A stretch of 64,000 nucleotides of DNA, from positions 41,664,001 through 41,728,000 of the forward strand of contig OX597814.1 in the NCBI GenBank assembly GCA_951406725.2. Reading direction: 5' to 3'. Source of the DNA: Octopus vulgaris (taxonomy: Eukaryota). The position numbers and the translations under genes were made by a program. Shown in pieces: positions 40,100 through 53,000 of the stretch (its first letter is position 1; the number at the start of each line of letters is the position of its first letter). The notes below the pieces were generated by a model, which worked only from the letters and a program-made list of their open reading frames with translations, made no database searches and was not told the DNA's origin.

Positions 40100-42037
40100 G
40101 GTTCATACATTCCATAATCCAAGAATGTGAGATCATAATTTACGCCTTACGATAATCGATCCATGATATGGCTAAGTTAGTTTTCTCCTCTTATATTTTC
40201 TAAGTACAGTTTTGTCTACCAGGAGTGGATCCTTGGTATCAATGCACTTACGCTTTCAATTTTTCTACTCATGTAGAAGGACTCCATTTTTTCCAGATGT
40301 TCGTACATTCAGTCTGCGACTGTTTCAGTCAATAATTTCCACATAAATGGTAAGCAGGATATCGGATTGTAATTGTGTGCCGAATTGCCTTTTTGGATGT
40401 TTTTCAAGCACAGCACTGTCCTAGCCATCATTAACCACTCTAGATTTACTTGGTCGACATTTAACAAGATGTTGAGTTATTCGTGCATGACATTCACCAA
40501 ATTTTCTAATCTAGTAGACTTGAAATCCATCTGCTCCCGGGGTTTACACTTGCCCATTCTTTTATTTTCTTTTTTTGTTTGTTGCGTTCCTTCACTTCCC
40601 TAACTGAAATGAATAGCTCTGCCTGTTTGGGACAGACTACTATTTGTTTCAGTTCATGCAACCATTCTGCATCCTTCTTGTACTCCTTGTCTCTACTCCA
40701 GATGTCACGGTAACACGTTTGACTTTCAATGTTATTTGGTATCAACATTTCATCTGTACTCTATGCATTTATTTCTTTTTAGGACTTCTTCTGAGATACA
40801 CTGAATAACCTATTCTGCTGGTATCACTTCATTCTTCAGGCATATCTTACCGTTCTTAGCATTCTTTGCAACGGGACGCTATTTCAGGTCCTCAATTACC
40901 AATTTTCAATATCATACATACTGTTTAGTGACCCGTACTTTGGATCGCTTTTAAACTTCTTTTTCGTTCTAACACAGAAATGTCCTTCGAGAGCCTATCT
41001 AACCACGCCTGTATTCATTTTTTCCACCATGGATATTTTCCTTTGTCACACCCATTATATTCTTTCCCTTGTCATCAACACCAACATTTTCTGCTACGAC
41101 GATACTTGCTACATTGATCAAATTATTTCTTCTCTGATGTTTTTTGTTCGGATTTATTTCAGAATTTCCTTCACAATTTTAGTTTCTTGGTTCAATTTCC
41201 ACCGACCAAACTTTTTAAGTTTGTAAATAATGTCGCTATCGTTCTCCTTGCCTTTATCTGTCGGAGATTGCCCTTTGCCCATCTGCCGTGACACAATTAG
41301 CTTTATTGTCCTCTTCCAAACCATCGATGTCTCTTATCGAGCAGTCTATCACTGTTCTTTCTTTTTATTTAGAGATCACACATCTATTTTATGGGATAAA
41401 TTGTATCAGTAAGATCTGTATTTCCATCGTTTCCTCTGCGGCTGCTGCTTCTCAATGCCCATCTGTTGATGCCTTCAAGCTCTGCTTCTGTGATCCAACG
41501 ACTTTTTTCTTATTGCTCTAGCTTGATCACATAATCTCTGTTCCGTGAGTTGAAACAATCCTGTTTCTCTCCATTGATTATATTACATGTTGTCGGTATC
41601 CTGTAATATGAACACTATCTTCGTCTACATGTTTGTTCAAGTTGTACCACTCTAAGACCACAGTATTGAATTATTTGTTCCATCTACGGCATGTCTGCTC
41701 ATCCCTTGCTGGATAACGACATGCTGGTGTCGGACTAGTATATCTGCGGCTGCCGGGTGCAAAACTGAGACCGTCAACGTTTTCACTTTCATTATTGTCG
41801 TTAATCACAATATTTTGTTTTTTGATTGTTACTCAAAAGAGGTAGCAATTATCAGGTTGGGCAATTACCAGTTATTTTACTGTGACACCATCACATGATG
41901 TATGATCAATAAGGACATGTGGCAATTCCCACTACATCCTTTCATTATTAATATTTTTATCCTAACTGATATTATTATATTCATTTTCTTCGATTTGTTA
42001 TTGTTAGTATTTCCACTGATCCGACGTGAGTCCTGGC
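40100..42037 (-). mobile_element. 5' half of a decayed R4/Dong family 1 element
   Basis: Reverse complement is collinear with ~2107-4020 (IWSRDK..WLHELKQIVVCPKQAEL; CTCACGTCGGATCAGTGGAAATA 5' end). Confidence 0.85.
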
Positions 42038-42039
42038 AA

Positions 42040-42081
<42 letters not shown>

Positions 42082-42169
42082 TATTATTATTATTATTATT
42101 ATTATCCTTATTAATATTATTATAATTGTTGTGTTGTCGTTGTTGTTGGTATTATTATTATTATTTTTA

Positions 42170-42206
<37 letters not shown>

Positions 42207-42240
42207 TAATATCATTGTTATTATTAAATATTTATTATTA
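42040..42240. repeat. (AAT)n directly followed by (TTA)n: self-complementary microsatellite
   Basis: Strand switch at ~42080. Confidence 0.9.
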
Positions 42241-42829
42241 AAAGTTGATTAGTTTCAACTAGTTTTGCACTTCAGGTAATCATAAAGAAGTGAGCGTTGA
42301 TAGGAATAGGATGAGAAAAAAGCACCTTGGTGAATAGCCCAAATTCTACAGGTCATTAAATAAATTCGGCAGAAGGTGAGGAGGTCAGCAATGGACATTC
42401 ATGTGGGATAAGGAGACAAAAGAGGCTTCACATACTTGGGGTTAGCAGAAGGTAAATGTGTTTCCTACTAATAGAAATCAATGGGACCGCTAAACTTAAC
42501 CTTGAAAAGAACCAATTCACCTTGTTCTATTTTTAGAAAAGAAAAATATTTATACAGAAACATGTATATATATACGAGTTACAAAGCAATCGTGACATCA
42601 CAATCAAGGAAGTAGAAAATGGTAGTACTGTCGTAATTATGGACACTGAACAACACAAAATCTCTGTATATATATATATACTGATATTCGCATTGTTGAA
42701 TTTTTGAATTTCTGAATTTTTCTGTTTTTCTTTTTTAAATAGATACTGCAGTGGTTTAGAATTGTTGTAAATGTGCAATTTTATATATTGGCAGGTGTCT
42801 ACCTCCTTAATTTTTGTTTTTATTTTTTT

Positions 42830-43230
42830 CATCGTGTTTGTAATTATGTTGTAGCAATAAAAGGTAGTTAACATATTCGGATAATCAGGGACAAAAGAAA
42901 CATGAAATTATAGATATTGATGTTTTAAAATTTTTTCGAGATATTTGTTTGTATGTCTGAACAGAACACACTGTTGTGTCTTTGCAATAAAAAGTATGTT
43001 TACATTTTCGAATTCTCAGGGAGAAAAGAAAGAAAAGAAGAGTCAAATTTTCACAGAAAGTTGTAGATATTAATGTTTAAAAATTTACTGAAGATAGCCT
43101 TTTGCATGTCCGGACAGAGAAAACTGTAGTGTTCTTGGAATGAAAAGGCTGTTTACATTTTTGAATACTCAGGAAGAAAGGACATGATAGTTGTGCACAG
43201 AATTTGTAGATATTGAAGTTTTAAGCTGAT
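42830..43230. repeat. Diverged tandem repeat, unit ~145-150 bp, about 3 copies
   Basis: TT(A/G)TAGATATT(G/A)A.GTTT recurs at 42908, 43061 and 43204, with collinear GTTTACATTTT.GAAT.CTCAGG blocks. Confidence 0.7.
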
Positions 43231-43274
43231 CGTTTGTGTGTTTGGAAACTGTGCATATGTAAGTATCTTAACTT

Positions 43275-44959
43275 ATTTTGAGGGTGTATACTTTCAGTGC
43301 TAAGCCGAAAATGGAGCTCCGACTGAAACAGTGTGGTGCGTTGTTCTTGAGGACAGGCAAAATCAAGTGTATGTATGGGCTAGCGATACCTTCGGGGAAG
43401 GTAATGAAGCAGGTACAAGAGCGGGCTATAATTACTGGGGGATATCGGAAATGGATAAATTCACCTAGAAAAATAGTATTAATATTTAAGGTGGAGTATA
43501 TGCGCAGACTAGGACTGATGCTGAAGTCGAAACTAAACAGGAGGAATAAGATTGAAGCTATCAACACCGGGGCGGCTTCCCTTAGATATGAATCAGGTGT
43601 AATCGCATGTACAATAGACGAACTAAACAGCTTAGACAGAAAGACAAGGCTGTTGCTAACTACTTATGGGACAGCCCACCCAAAAATGACACAAAAAGAT
43701 TGAATTTACAAAAGAAAAAGAGGTTTCAGACGACTAATTGTATGCGAACACAACATTAGAAGAAATCAAAACAACATAGTATCGTATATAGAAAATGCCA
43801 CAGAACCGTAATTACTGGAAGTAAGATGCTGAGGCCTGTGTAGGATAGAAAATTGCAAAGATAAAGCACTGTAGAAACACGTGAGAATGAATGAAATTGA
43901 AAATAGGTGAATAAAGACAAGAATGCATGAAATAATTCATAGGGATGTTAAAGATAAGACAGAGAAAAAGAGGGCTATAGATTACTAAAATGTATTTAAA
44001 ACTTTAAAAGCAGGCTCTATTCTGTGCTGCCCAAGATCAAGAATTAAGAATCAATTACATCAATTAGAGAATAAACAACACATCAGTAAGTGATAAGCGC
44101 AGAATTTGTGGACATAATAGTAACACCGTATGACATATTACCAGTCAATATAAGCCACTAGCCCAAAAATAATATGAGACGTCAATACAATACAGCAAGT
44201 GGTATATGGATTAATAAATGTGATTTAAAACCGGAAACAAAGTCTCTGATCTTTGCTGCCCAAGAGCCAGCATTAAGAACTAATTACATGAAATAAAGAA
44301 TAGACAACACATCAGAAAGAGTGCAGAATTTGTGGACAAAATGGTGAAAAGGTATGGCATATTTTCAGTCAATGCACAACACTGGCCCAGAAAGAATGTA
44401 AAATACGTCAATACTTCATAGCGAGGCTTGTCCATTCGACAATTTGTAACAATATGACTTGACACAGCATAAAATGTTGCGAACATAAACCCGAAGGCAT
44501 CATCAGAAATGATAATGCAAAGATCCTGTGGGATTTTATGTTTCTGTGCGACCATGAAATTGAGAAGTTGAAAACAGACAGAGTGTTAAATTAGAAAGAA
44601 AGCAAATAAAGCTCGATCCTAGATATATGATGCCTAGCTGACAACAATGTATGCGATAAGGAAGAAGTCGATAGATATACCAGGTTAGCTTGGGATGTTA
44701 AACAGTTTTCGTCGCTCAAATAGGTGGTAGTAGTGCCAATAATTGACGGAGCCCTGGGAAAAGTGAGCACAAATTTTGAGAGGTACAAGGAAAAAATAGT
44801 TGTTTCAATAAGTGTGGAGCACTTTCAGCAAACAGCACTGCTTGGAACCACTCGAATACTCCGGGTGGTGCTCGAAAAATAAGGGGTGCTACCTTTGTTC
44901 ACTGGTAGTGAACAGCTGACACCGTACTACATCTCTGGCGTTAGAACCTATGCCAAGAC
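43275..44959 (+). mobile_element. 3' part of a decayed R4/Dong family 1 element with a duplicated zinc-knuckle region
   Basis: ORF 43278 (VYTFSA..LKQCG..EYMRRLGLMLKSKLN); the zinc-knuckle block occurs twice (~43970-44200 and ~44200-44430); RLE and 3' UTR, then (AAT)n. Confidence 0.88.
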
Positions 44960-45034
<75 letters not shown>

Positions 45035-45035
<1 letters not shown>

Positions 45036-45568
45036 GGAATAACAACAGAAAAAAGATGGTATAGGCACACACCAGAAAAGGTCACAGAAAACGAGAAAGC
45101 AACCATACTCTGGGATATGCCGATACACACAGATAGAGAAATTAAGGCCAACAGACCAGATATAGTTGTCAGAGATCATGAAGAAAAAAAATGCTTTCTA
45201 ATTGATGTATCAATACCGTCAGATGACAACGTGTCTCTAAAAGAAATGGAGAAACTCTCACAATACAAAGACCTGGAAATAGAGGTAACTAGAATGTGGA
45301 ACCTGAAAACAGAAACAATTCCTATCATAGTAGGTGCATTAGGCATGATAAAAAAATATTCAGACAAATACATAACAAAAACACCAGGACTTACAAACAC
45401 ATATAACATACAGAAAATTGCACTACTAGGCACTGCACACATCCTACGCAGAACACTTTCCATACAATAACCATCAGAGCATCACAACAAATCACAGCAC
45501 ATACCCAAGGCACACAGAGCTGCGCTCGGTAGTGAAGTGAAAGCACGCTATAAAAATAAAACTAGTGA
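45035..45568 (+). mobile_element. Young 5'-truncated R4/Dong family 2 copy with intact RLE frame, flanked by (AAT)n on both sides
   Basis: Open frame to 45470 (WYRHTPEKV..NRPDIVV..LIDVSIP..IPIIVGALG); closely similar to 29740-30272; (AAT)n at 44960-45030 and 45568-45680. Confidence 0.95.
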
Positions 45569-45586
45569 ATAATAATAATAATAATG

Positions 45587-45663
<77 letters not shown>

Positions 45664-45914
45664 TATTAATAATAATAATAGTAAATTATTCTTTTATTAG
45701 TCACAAGGGCTCACATAAAATAATATTAAAGGCATGCATCAACAATAAAGATAAATACAGGATGATACATTGGGTTTTCGCATGTACACAATGCAATAAC
45801 AGAAAAGTTGAACAAATTTAAACTCCCAATAGTTGAGGCACTTTAAAGTCCTCGTGGAAAAACCTACAAAAACCACGGGTTTCTGAACAACAGGGCAAGT
45901 GCCCGTCTCCTTTT

Positions 45915-46321
45915 TTTTACAGGATATAAGACATAAGAAACTGGACATTGTTGTGGTGAATAGAAAAGAAATAATATGTATGATTATCGACATAGCATGC
46001 CCCGTTGACAAGAGGATCAATGTGTAAGAAGAACAAAAAATAAACAACTATGATGATTTACGAAGTTTGGGGTGAATGAAGAAAGTTGACGTGTTACCAA
46101 CAGTAACTGGTTCTCTTGGAGCATCCGCAGTCAGATATCAGCCTGGCTGAAAAAGATCGGTGCAAGTGGGAAGGTACAACACCTACAAAAATCAGAATTG
46201 CTTGGAACTGTGAGAACTTTTTGCAGAGTTCTTGATGCATTACCTGTAAACCTTAGTCTGCTGGCGGTGAACAGCTAACACTTTCCATCATACCCTGCAA
46301 AATAAGTTGTGTGTTTTTATG
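45915..46321 (+). mobile_element. Decayed RLE remnant of an R4/Dong-type element ending in (AAT)n
   Basis: IRHKKLDIVVVNRK..CMIIDIACPVDKR; 3' UTR CCTTAGTCTGCTGGCGGTGAACAGCT resembles the family 1 3' UTR; followed by a compound (AAT)(GAT)(GAC)(GGT) repeat to 46485. Confidence 0.8.
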
Positions 46322-46338
46322 TAATAATAATAATAATA

Positions 46339-46369
<31 letters not shown>

Positions 46370-47039
46370 CGACGACGACGATGACGATGGTGATGATGAT
46401 GACGATGATGATGGTAGTGGTGGTGGTGGTGGTCGTGGTGGTGGTGGTCGTGGGAGTTGGTGGTGATGATGATGATGATGATGATTTACACCTAGAAAAA
46501 CAAACAGTACAAAACAAAACAAAGAATGCGTGTGTATGCGTGTGAGTGTGTGTGTGCTTGTTAATCCTTTGCTAGTAAACAGGGTTAACATGATGAAATA
46601 AATTGTAGAATGTCTAATCCGCAATAGAGAGGAGACGTTTGAGAGCCGCTAATTCGATAAACCCCATAAAAACCATATGTTCCCTGACATTTGAGGCAGG
46701 TCCCATTTTTTCTTTTCTTTTTCTCCAAATACAGGCGAATGCTCAGGCCAGACACGTTAAAACGTACCATTGTCAACACTTCCACCTACCTTTTAGCAAA
46801 ATGCTAAGAAGACGACCCCTCCCTCTCTTCCCTTATTTTCCTCTTCAAGTGAAACTTGCAGAAGTTGATCAGGGATTGGCCAAAGTGAAAAGTGTTTTTC
46901 TTCAGCAGCTTTAGCCTCGTCCATCATACAACCTCTATCGCCATGGTCACCAGGCATATAAACACAGCTTGTACTTCCCGGTTAAAGGAATGCAGCTGGA
47001 CAATGTTAATGATGGATTCAGTTGACATCCAGATCAGTC

Positions 47040-47230
47040 CTACATGCGACACCACATTTTCTACATAAACCCACATGTCAGCAAACGTCGGGCACTGGAC
47101 GGTTGCATGGAAGTACGTCTAGTCATTAAGCGCACATCTCGGACATGCTCGGCAATTGTTATTTCCGTGCCTGTATAGTTTATCTCGATCAGGCAAATGT
47201 CTCCGGTAGCACTGACAGTCCAGAGATTTT
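47040..47230 (-). mobile_element. Possible PLE GIY-YIG remnant
   Basis: Minus-strand ORF CLIEINYTGTEITIAEHVRDVRL..TS resembles C..Y.G.T....RI.EH.R. Confidence 0.4.
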
Positions 47231-47539
47231 TGGAAATTGTCCAACTGTCCCGAGCCGAAAGTTTCGGGGGAAAAGAGCACTTTAACTCCACTAAACCTCT
47301 GTAGAAAGCTACCATTGATGTTCTTACCATAGATGTTCTACCTAACGCATTGTCTGATCTAATAATTGCAGTGAACGCTTGAAGATATTCCGCTTTTTAA
47401 ATGCTTTCTATAGTTGTTATGTATTAATGCAATGTTGGATGCAGGGGCGTTTTCCAGTTTCCTTGCTTGTCTGATTTTGAAAAGGACGGAAAACCAGCAA
47501 ATGAGTATGTGTTTGGCTTTTGCTCCCACCTCCTTTAAC

Positions 47540-49340
47540 TGGACGAAGATATGGAGCGTCAATTTTCGTAATCTATTTGTTCTTTGTGTTCCTGATTGGA
47601 TTGTCAATCCCTTCATTGACATCTGTGAAGAAGAGAGTGGAGAGTTAGAAGAGGAGCTGATAACTCTTCAAAATGGTATTGAAGCCTAAATTCCGCAGGT
47701 GCTACCAAGAATTTTGGCTTCAAAAGGCTATCCGTGACCGCTCTCTGCAGGTTTGGAAGAAAGTAAAATTGTTTTATTGCCTTTCCAACATCTTATTTGG
47801 TTGGGAGAGGATTCAGCAGGGTCACTCGCCTGCTTACGAAACGGTAGTGTAAGCTCCGAATTACGGAGCGTGGTGATCTCAGGCTTATTCTTAGCACAAT
47901 ACAACCAGGGGTTGAGAGGTTACTTTCACTTCACCTAGCTCATCCTTCTCATTGAACCATTCCCTAAAAGCCGACCTGAATGGGCTGCTTTAGTGATATA
48001 ATATTATGGCTTTAGTCTTTCATCTCTTTTCTTTTGCTATGAGTACGGTAGCAATGTTTTTAATGCACGAACTTTGTGACATTTGTAGTAAAACTGTCTT
48101 CCCGTTGGTGCGAAATTCCTTTCGTACAAGACATAACATTGCCTTTTTAACACATTACTTTGTTGCATGCATTTCTTTTATTTTGTGAGAGACTCTTGCA
48201 CCATTAACACTGCTGCACTACTAGTAATCAAGATCTGCACTTGCAACCACTTATTGACCATTATGTTTCATGATTTCTATTTCATGTAGTTTTGCATAGT
48301 ATTTTAAACGTCATATATTACTTACGGAAATTACTTTTCTGGGTAGCATACTACTGAAACTTACTCTGAGTATGTTTGCATATTTTGTTGTTTATGTTTC
48401 AATTTTTGCATTATTATGTTGCTTCCACTATTCCTAACGTCGTATTGGCTTCCCACGGGATAATATGGTGATGTATCAAAGCGAGATAACTACATTTACA
48501 TTTCTTCACATATTGTTTGCATTTACGAAGTGAAAAACTCCGTTTACCGAAACACTATCACTGTGCATGTGTGCAGCACTTTGCTGAACGTTGCACTAAA
48601 GGTTCATTTGCGAAACAGAGAGGCGACAAGATCTGTTTCTGCTGTACCTCAAAGAGAGAAGAACTGCGACTGAAGGGTGAATAATGATGAATCATTAGAA
48701 GATTTGTCCAACAGCCAAATTCTTTTGAACACCTTTCTCACATAACTAAAAAACAAGTTTATTTTTTCTCTGTGAAAGTTCAATTAATTCATTGTAACTT
48801 TAAGATATTTCAACAGATATCTCCATATACTCTCTGCTTACCCCCAAATGCCTTTCATTGACACACTTAGCCATATGCTCTACAATTCTAGTGCTTGATA
48901 TTTGTATGTATAATGTATGACAAATAGAATTATCATGTGGTTGGTCAAGTGACACAATGATTTAAATTCACGCCTAACAAAGTCACTTTGTTAAGCCCCA
49001 AATCTTCTCAATCTGTTATAATTAAAACCATAAAAAAAACATGCACGCCACGACACTGCTTATTTCTCCAATATGCGTTGAAAATTTGTGCACTATTTTA
49101 TCGAGTAAGAATTTGTAATGAAGATTTCCTTTGTTACCAGTGAATTGGGGTGCGTAATGGATTTTTAATATTATTATAGTATTGTATACATATTACATAA
49201 TATTATATTAAATATCAAATAATATATAATAAATATAAATTAGTAATATATAAAATATTTATTTATACATAAAACAGGGGTATTATGGTATTATGTGGCC
49301 ATGAGGGTGAGCGGAGGCTCAAAGTGTTTAAGAACCACTG
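47540..49340 (+). mobile_element. hAT (Charlie/Buster-like) transposon 3' remnant with right TIR
   Basis: PDWIVNPF..LEEELITLQN..YQEFWLQK..AFPTSYLVGRGFS..RGDLRL..AHPSH* (47560-47955), a dimerisation-domain-like C-terminus; GTTTAAGAACCACTG at 49326-49340 is the reverse complement of a CAGTGGTTCT-type TIR. No left TIR found. Confidence 0.75.
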
Positions 49341-49599
49341 GTATTCACCATTGTATAAGAAGTGAAAGGAGAACGCTTGCCGAGGATTTGATATATAGTG
49401 ACGAAGATTTGCTGCAATATGCCGGAACACATAATATTATTGATATTTTTTAAATGCAATAAGTATAAAGATGCTGTTAATGATAATCACTGTGGTTATG
49501 GAGGCAATATAACGCACGTACGTTATTTGTATATGTTTGTATGTACATACATGTGCACGTATATATACAAATAAAGAGTTGAAGAGAGAGAGATGGGAT

Positions 49600-50070
49600 C
49601 TCAATAACAACTCTCCAGGAAACACACGAATGACTCATAAAATCATGATGCAGCACAACACGGAAAAAATTAACTGCGAGAATGAAGCTATAGCCGATCA
49701 TGGTGACGGTTTCCCGCCCGGCACATCCGAAACTGAGAAGGGTAGATAGGAGTACAATAGTAGAAGTTACACAGCTGATAACTACTATCATATTATACAT
49801 CGAGACAGAGGACATGACACAAACAAGGAATCTTTTCCGAGCTATTATGCTACCCGCTGTTGAGAAATTAGTACTTAAGAGGTAAAAGAAATGGTGGAGC
49901 AAAGCAACCATGGTAGAAACGACGCATTGAAAGGAACATAATGTGGACAAGGCAAGATCTAGGAAAAATTTAACAACAGTTAAGAAGAAACTGGAAAAAT
50001 GGGAAAAAGACCGACCGAGAACAATTAGAGGAGAAATAGAAAATACGGAAGAACGGGTTTGATGCAGTAA
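49600..50070 (+). mobile_element. N-terminal ORF remnant of an R4/Dong-like element
   Basis: PKLRRVDR..IETEDMTQTRNLFRA and a PWW-like KRRI region parallel the 2930-3140 segment. Confidence 0.55.
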
Positions 50071-53000
50071 TAGTGCAGTTCCACTTCTCAAACTTTTCCC
50101 AAGAACTTCTCCCCAAATTAAATTACACGTGCCACACCTTACCTAGTCGCAAACCACACTCCTGGTGTCACAAAATTTCTCAGCCTGGTATCTACAACTC
50201 CTGGTGTCACAAAATTTCTCAGTCTGTATCTACAACTCGTCCCTTTAGTCCAAAACAATCCATAATCAAATTTTTATGCAGAAGCCGGTGCTTGTGCATA
50301 TCAATTCTCGGCTTTTATTGTTTCTTACCGCTTTCACATTGATTAATGATTTAGAGTTACTCAAATTCAAAGTTACTCTCCAAACGTCTTTCCAATAAAT
50401 ACACGCTCTGCCTTTGTCGTTCACGAAACCTAGCAAAGTGAGAGCAATCCTTTGATCATATCTCCTCTTGCATTGATGATAATTTATCTATCAGTTCTTT
50501 CCTTTCTGAATTCCTCATCTTCAGAGACTTCAAAGCCTGCAACTTCTCGTGGATCTTGTGCACTTCGTGTTGCGATGCTGCTAGTTGAGAGGTCGAATAT
50601 TTGCTGTTTTCAGATATTTATACCACCTTGTTTCCTCCCCATCTTCGATATCTGGTCGACGCATGGTTACACTTAGCATTTCGGGATCCCTTCCTAACTT
50701 CGGTACCTAACATTTGCACATTCACATCAGTTTCACGTTATGTATGATAAAATTACCTTCCCTTTCGATCATGAAATTCAGATTACAATTCACCTATGCA
50801 ACCAATACAGAAGTGACTTTTATCCCGACCTTGCTAATGAAACAATGCTACATTCAAATCATTGAAACCCGATCGAAAGAACAGTATCTGTAATCCAACA
50901 CATCAACGTTGTTCTGTTGGAACAACGGATATAAACCCATGATAAATATCGTTAAACTCTCATAAACATGCAAAGTTATACCGTTGACTGAACACAAAAT
51001 ACTCGACATTGACGGCCATCGTTTAAAATGTGATCCGACATTTTATTTTATTTTATAAGCTCCCAATGAAATATATGAGATTACAAAGGAGGTTACAATT
51101 TGAGATCTAAGCAAAGAACAGTTTTACATCGAGTCAGTTAATCATTGAGGTCGTCAAGTCGCAAAGGAGTAATATCTCTCGTTTGAATCACTTTGGGTGA
51201 AGTTTTATAGGAATTTCCCTGAACCGATCTCGTAAACATTCATCTATAAATTAAACTAGCCATAATACTACATATTTTGCCTAAAGTTATGTCTGTTTGT
51301 GCGAGTGTGTGCGTGTGTGGGTGTTTGTGCTTACGCATATATACAACAATTTAATTGAAATCTGTTCTATCGGTTATCAAAATTTGATCAATGAAATTAT
51401 TCAAGAGGAACAATTCACCAAGACATAAGAAAGCATTCAGAAACACGTTGATAGAATACGACGCCATTAACCGATTTACGTCCGTGTATTTATCTATATC
51501 ATTATATGAACGCACATTCAAGCATACAAACATCTGCATAAACACATAAGCACAAACACGCATACACAGACAATCACATACACACACAAATATTTACACA
51601 CACATTTACTTATATACACGCGTGCATTCAAATGGGCACAGACACATGTAATATTCGTTATCTAATGTGTCCACTGGTAGCGCATCGGTTCAGCAGATTA
51701 TATATCAATTTCTACAGCCGCATTCGGTTATGTCCCTTTATACGCTCAGTATAATAAATACAACTTGTATCGATTTAGGCATTCATTCTTAAGCAGTTGA
51801 TAAAATAATTGACAATAATCTTCAAGACCGAAGTCCAAGATGCTCACGGTTCAGCAAGTTGAACCAATTACATACATGCATAGACGCATACGTACACACA
51901 CACATACATACATATAAACATACATATTAATATACATTCACTCGGCATAAAAATGTGTGTGCATGTGTTTATATGTATGTAAGTATGTATTCACTTCTGT
52001 GTGTATATGTGTGTGTTTTTCTATGCATATATGTATATATGCATACTTACGAGCTTACAAACATATATACGTTCATACATGCATGAATACATACACACAT
52101 ACTCACACATACACACATTTAAGTAGGCAGAGATAAATTGACATACCGGCTGACATACGGAGCGGTACAAGTGTATGCCTTCAGAATCAAGGTCAGAACA
52201 ACCATTACCGATGATATATCATTCGCATATATTCGCTTTAATGGATAACACAAGAGAGTGTATTACATATATATGCACACACACGGACAATCAGTAGACA
52301 CACAAAAATATTCACACGTTGTCCCAGCTGCTAATGAGGCGAACAGACAATTTAGTGGTGCTATCTCAGATGGAAATATGTCTATGTTTTTTCTCAATTC
52401 TGTAGAATGATCAGATGAATAAAGACACCATCGGATTGGTCGATTGTAGCGTAAACTAAGTTTGTGTGGTAAGACTAGCATAAATAGCTTTTATATAGAT
52501 TTCCTAAATCAATAAGCTGGCTCAGACTCAGAGCGAGGCGAATTCCAGTCATATAACGATGAAATATCTATGTACATAATAATATAATGGCTACAAACGC
52601 AAACACATTCTCACACCCAAAACAGAGACAGTACAAAGCCATACTAACTCACTTGTGTACGTACACTACCGTTTTTATAATTCCATATGAGAGTGTGTGT
52701 CTCCTTTTCATAATATCTGTGTCAGCGTCTAATATGTTACAATATATATGTAGATATACGCACACATTTAAACACACACAAACACACACACAGAAGCGCA
52801 CTCACAATCACACACACGTACATAGTTTTATTTGATTCTTTTATGGCTCTGGTTTCAGTTTTTCGGTAGGAACCTTGTTAGGAATATTCTGAGGTTTTTG
52901 GCTATTATATCGAAACTAGTTCTTTGTATAATACCTCTTTTATAAATTTCCTATCGAAGGCAAATTGTGCAAAATGTTCTAAGCATCAGAGTGAGGATAA

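Noticed and set aside
44886-45470. 194 aa ORF as a host nuclease gene
   Set aside because: Chance fusion of a 3' UTR, (ATA)n and a truncated retrotransposon RLE domain.
46560-47540. Left TIR for the hAT remnant
   Set aside because: No CAGTGGTTCT-like end or matching 8 bp TSD (GTATTCAC) found upstream by eye.
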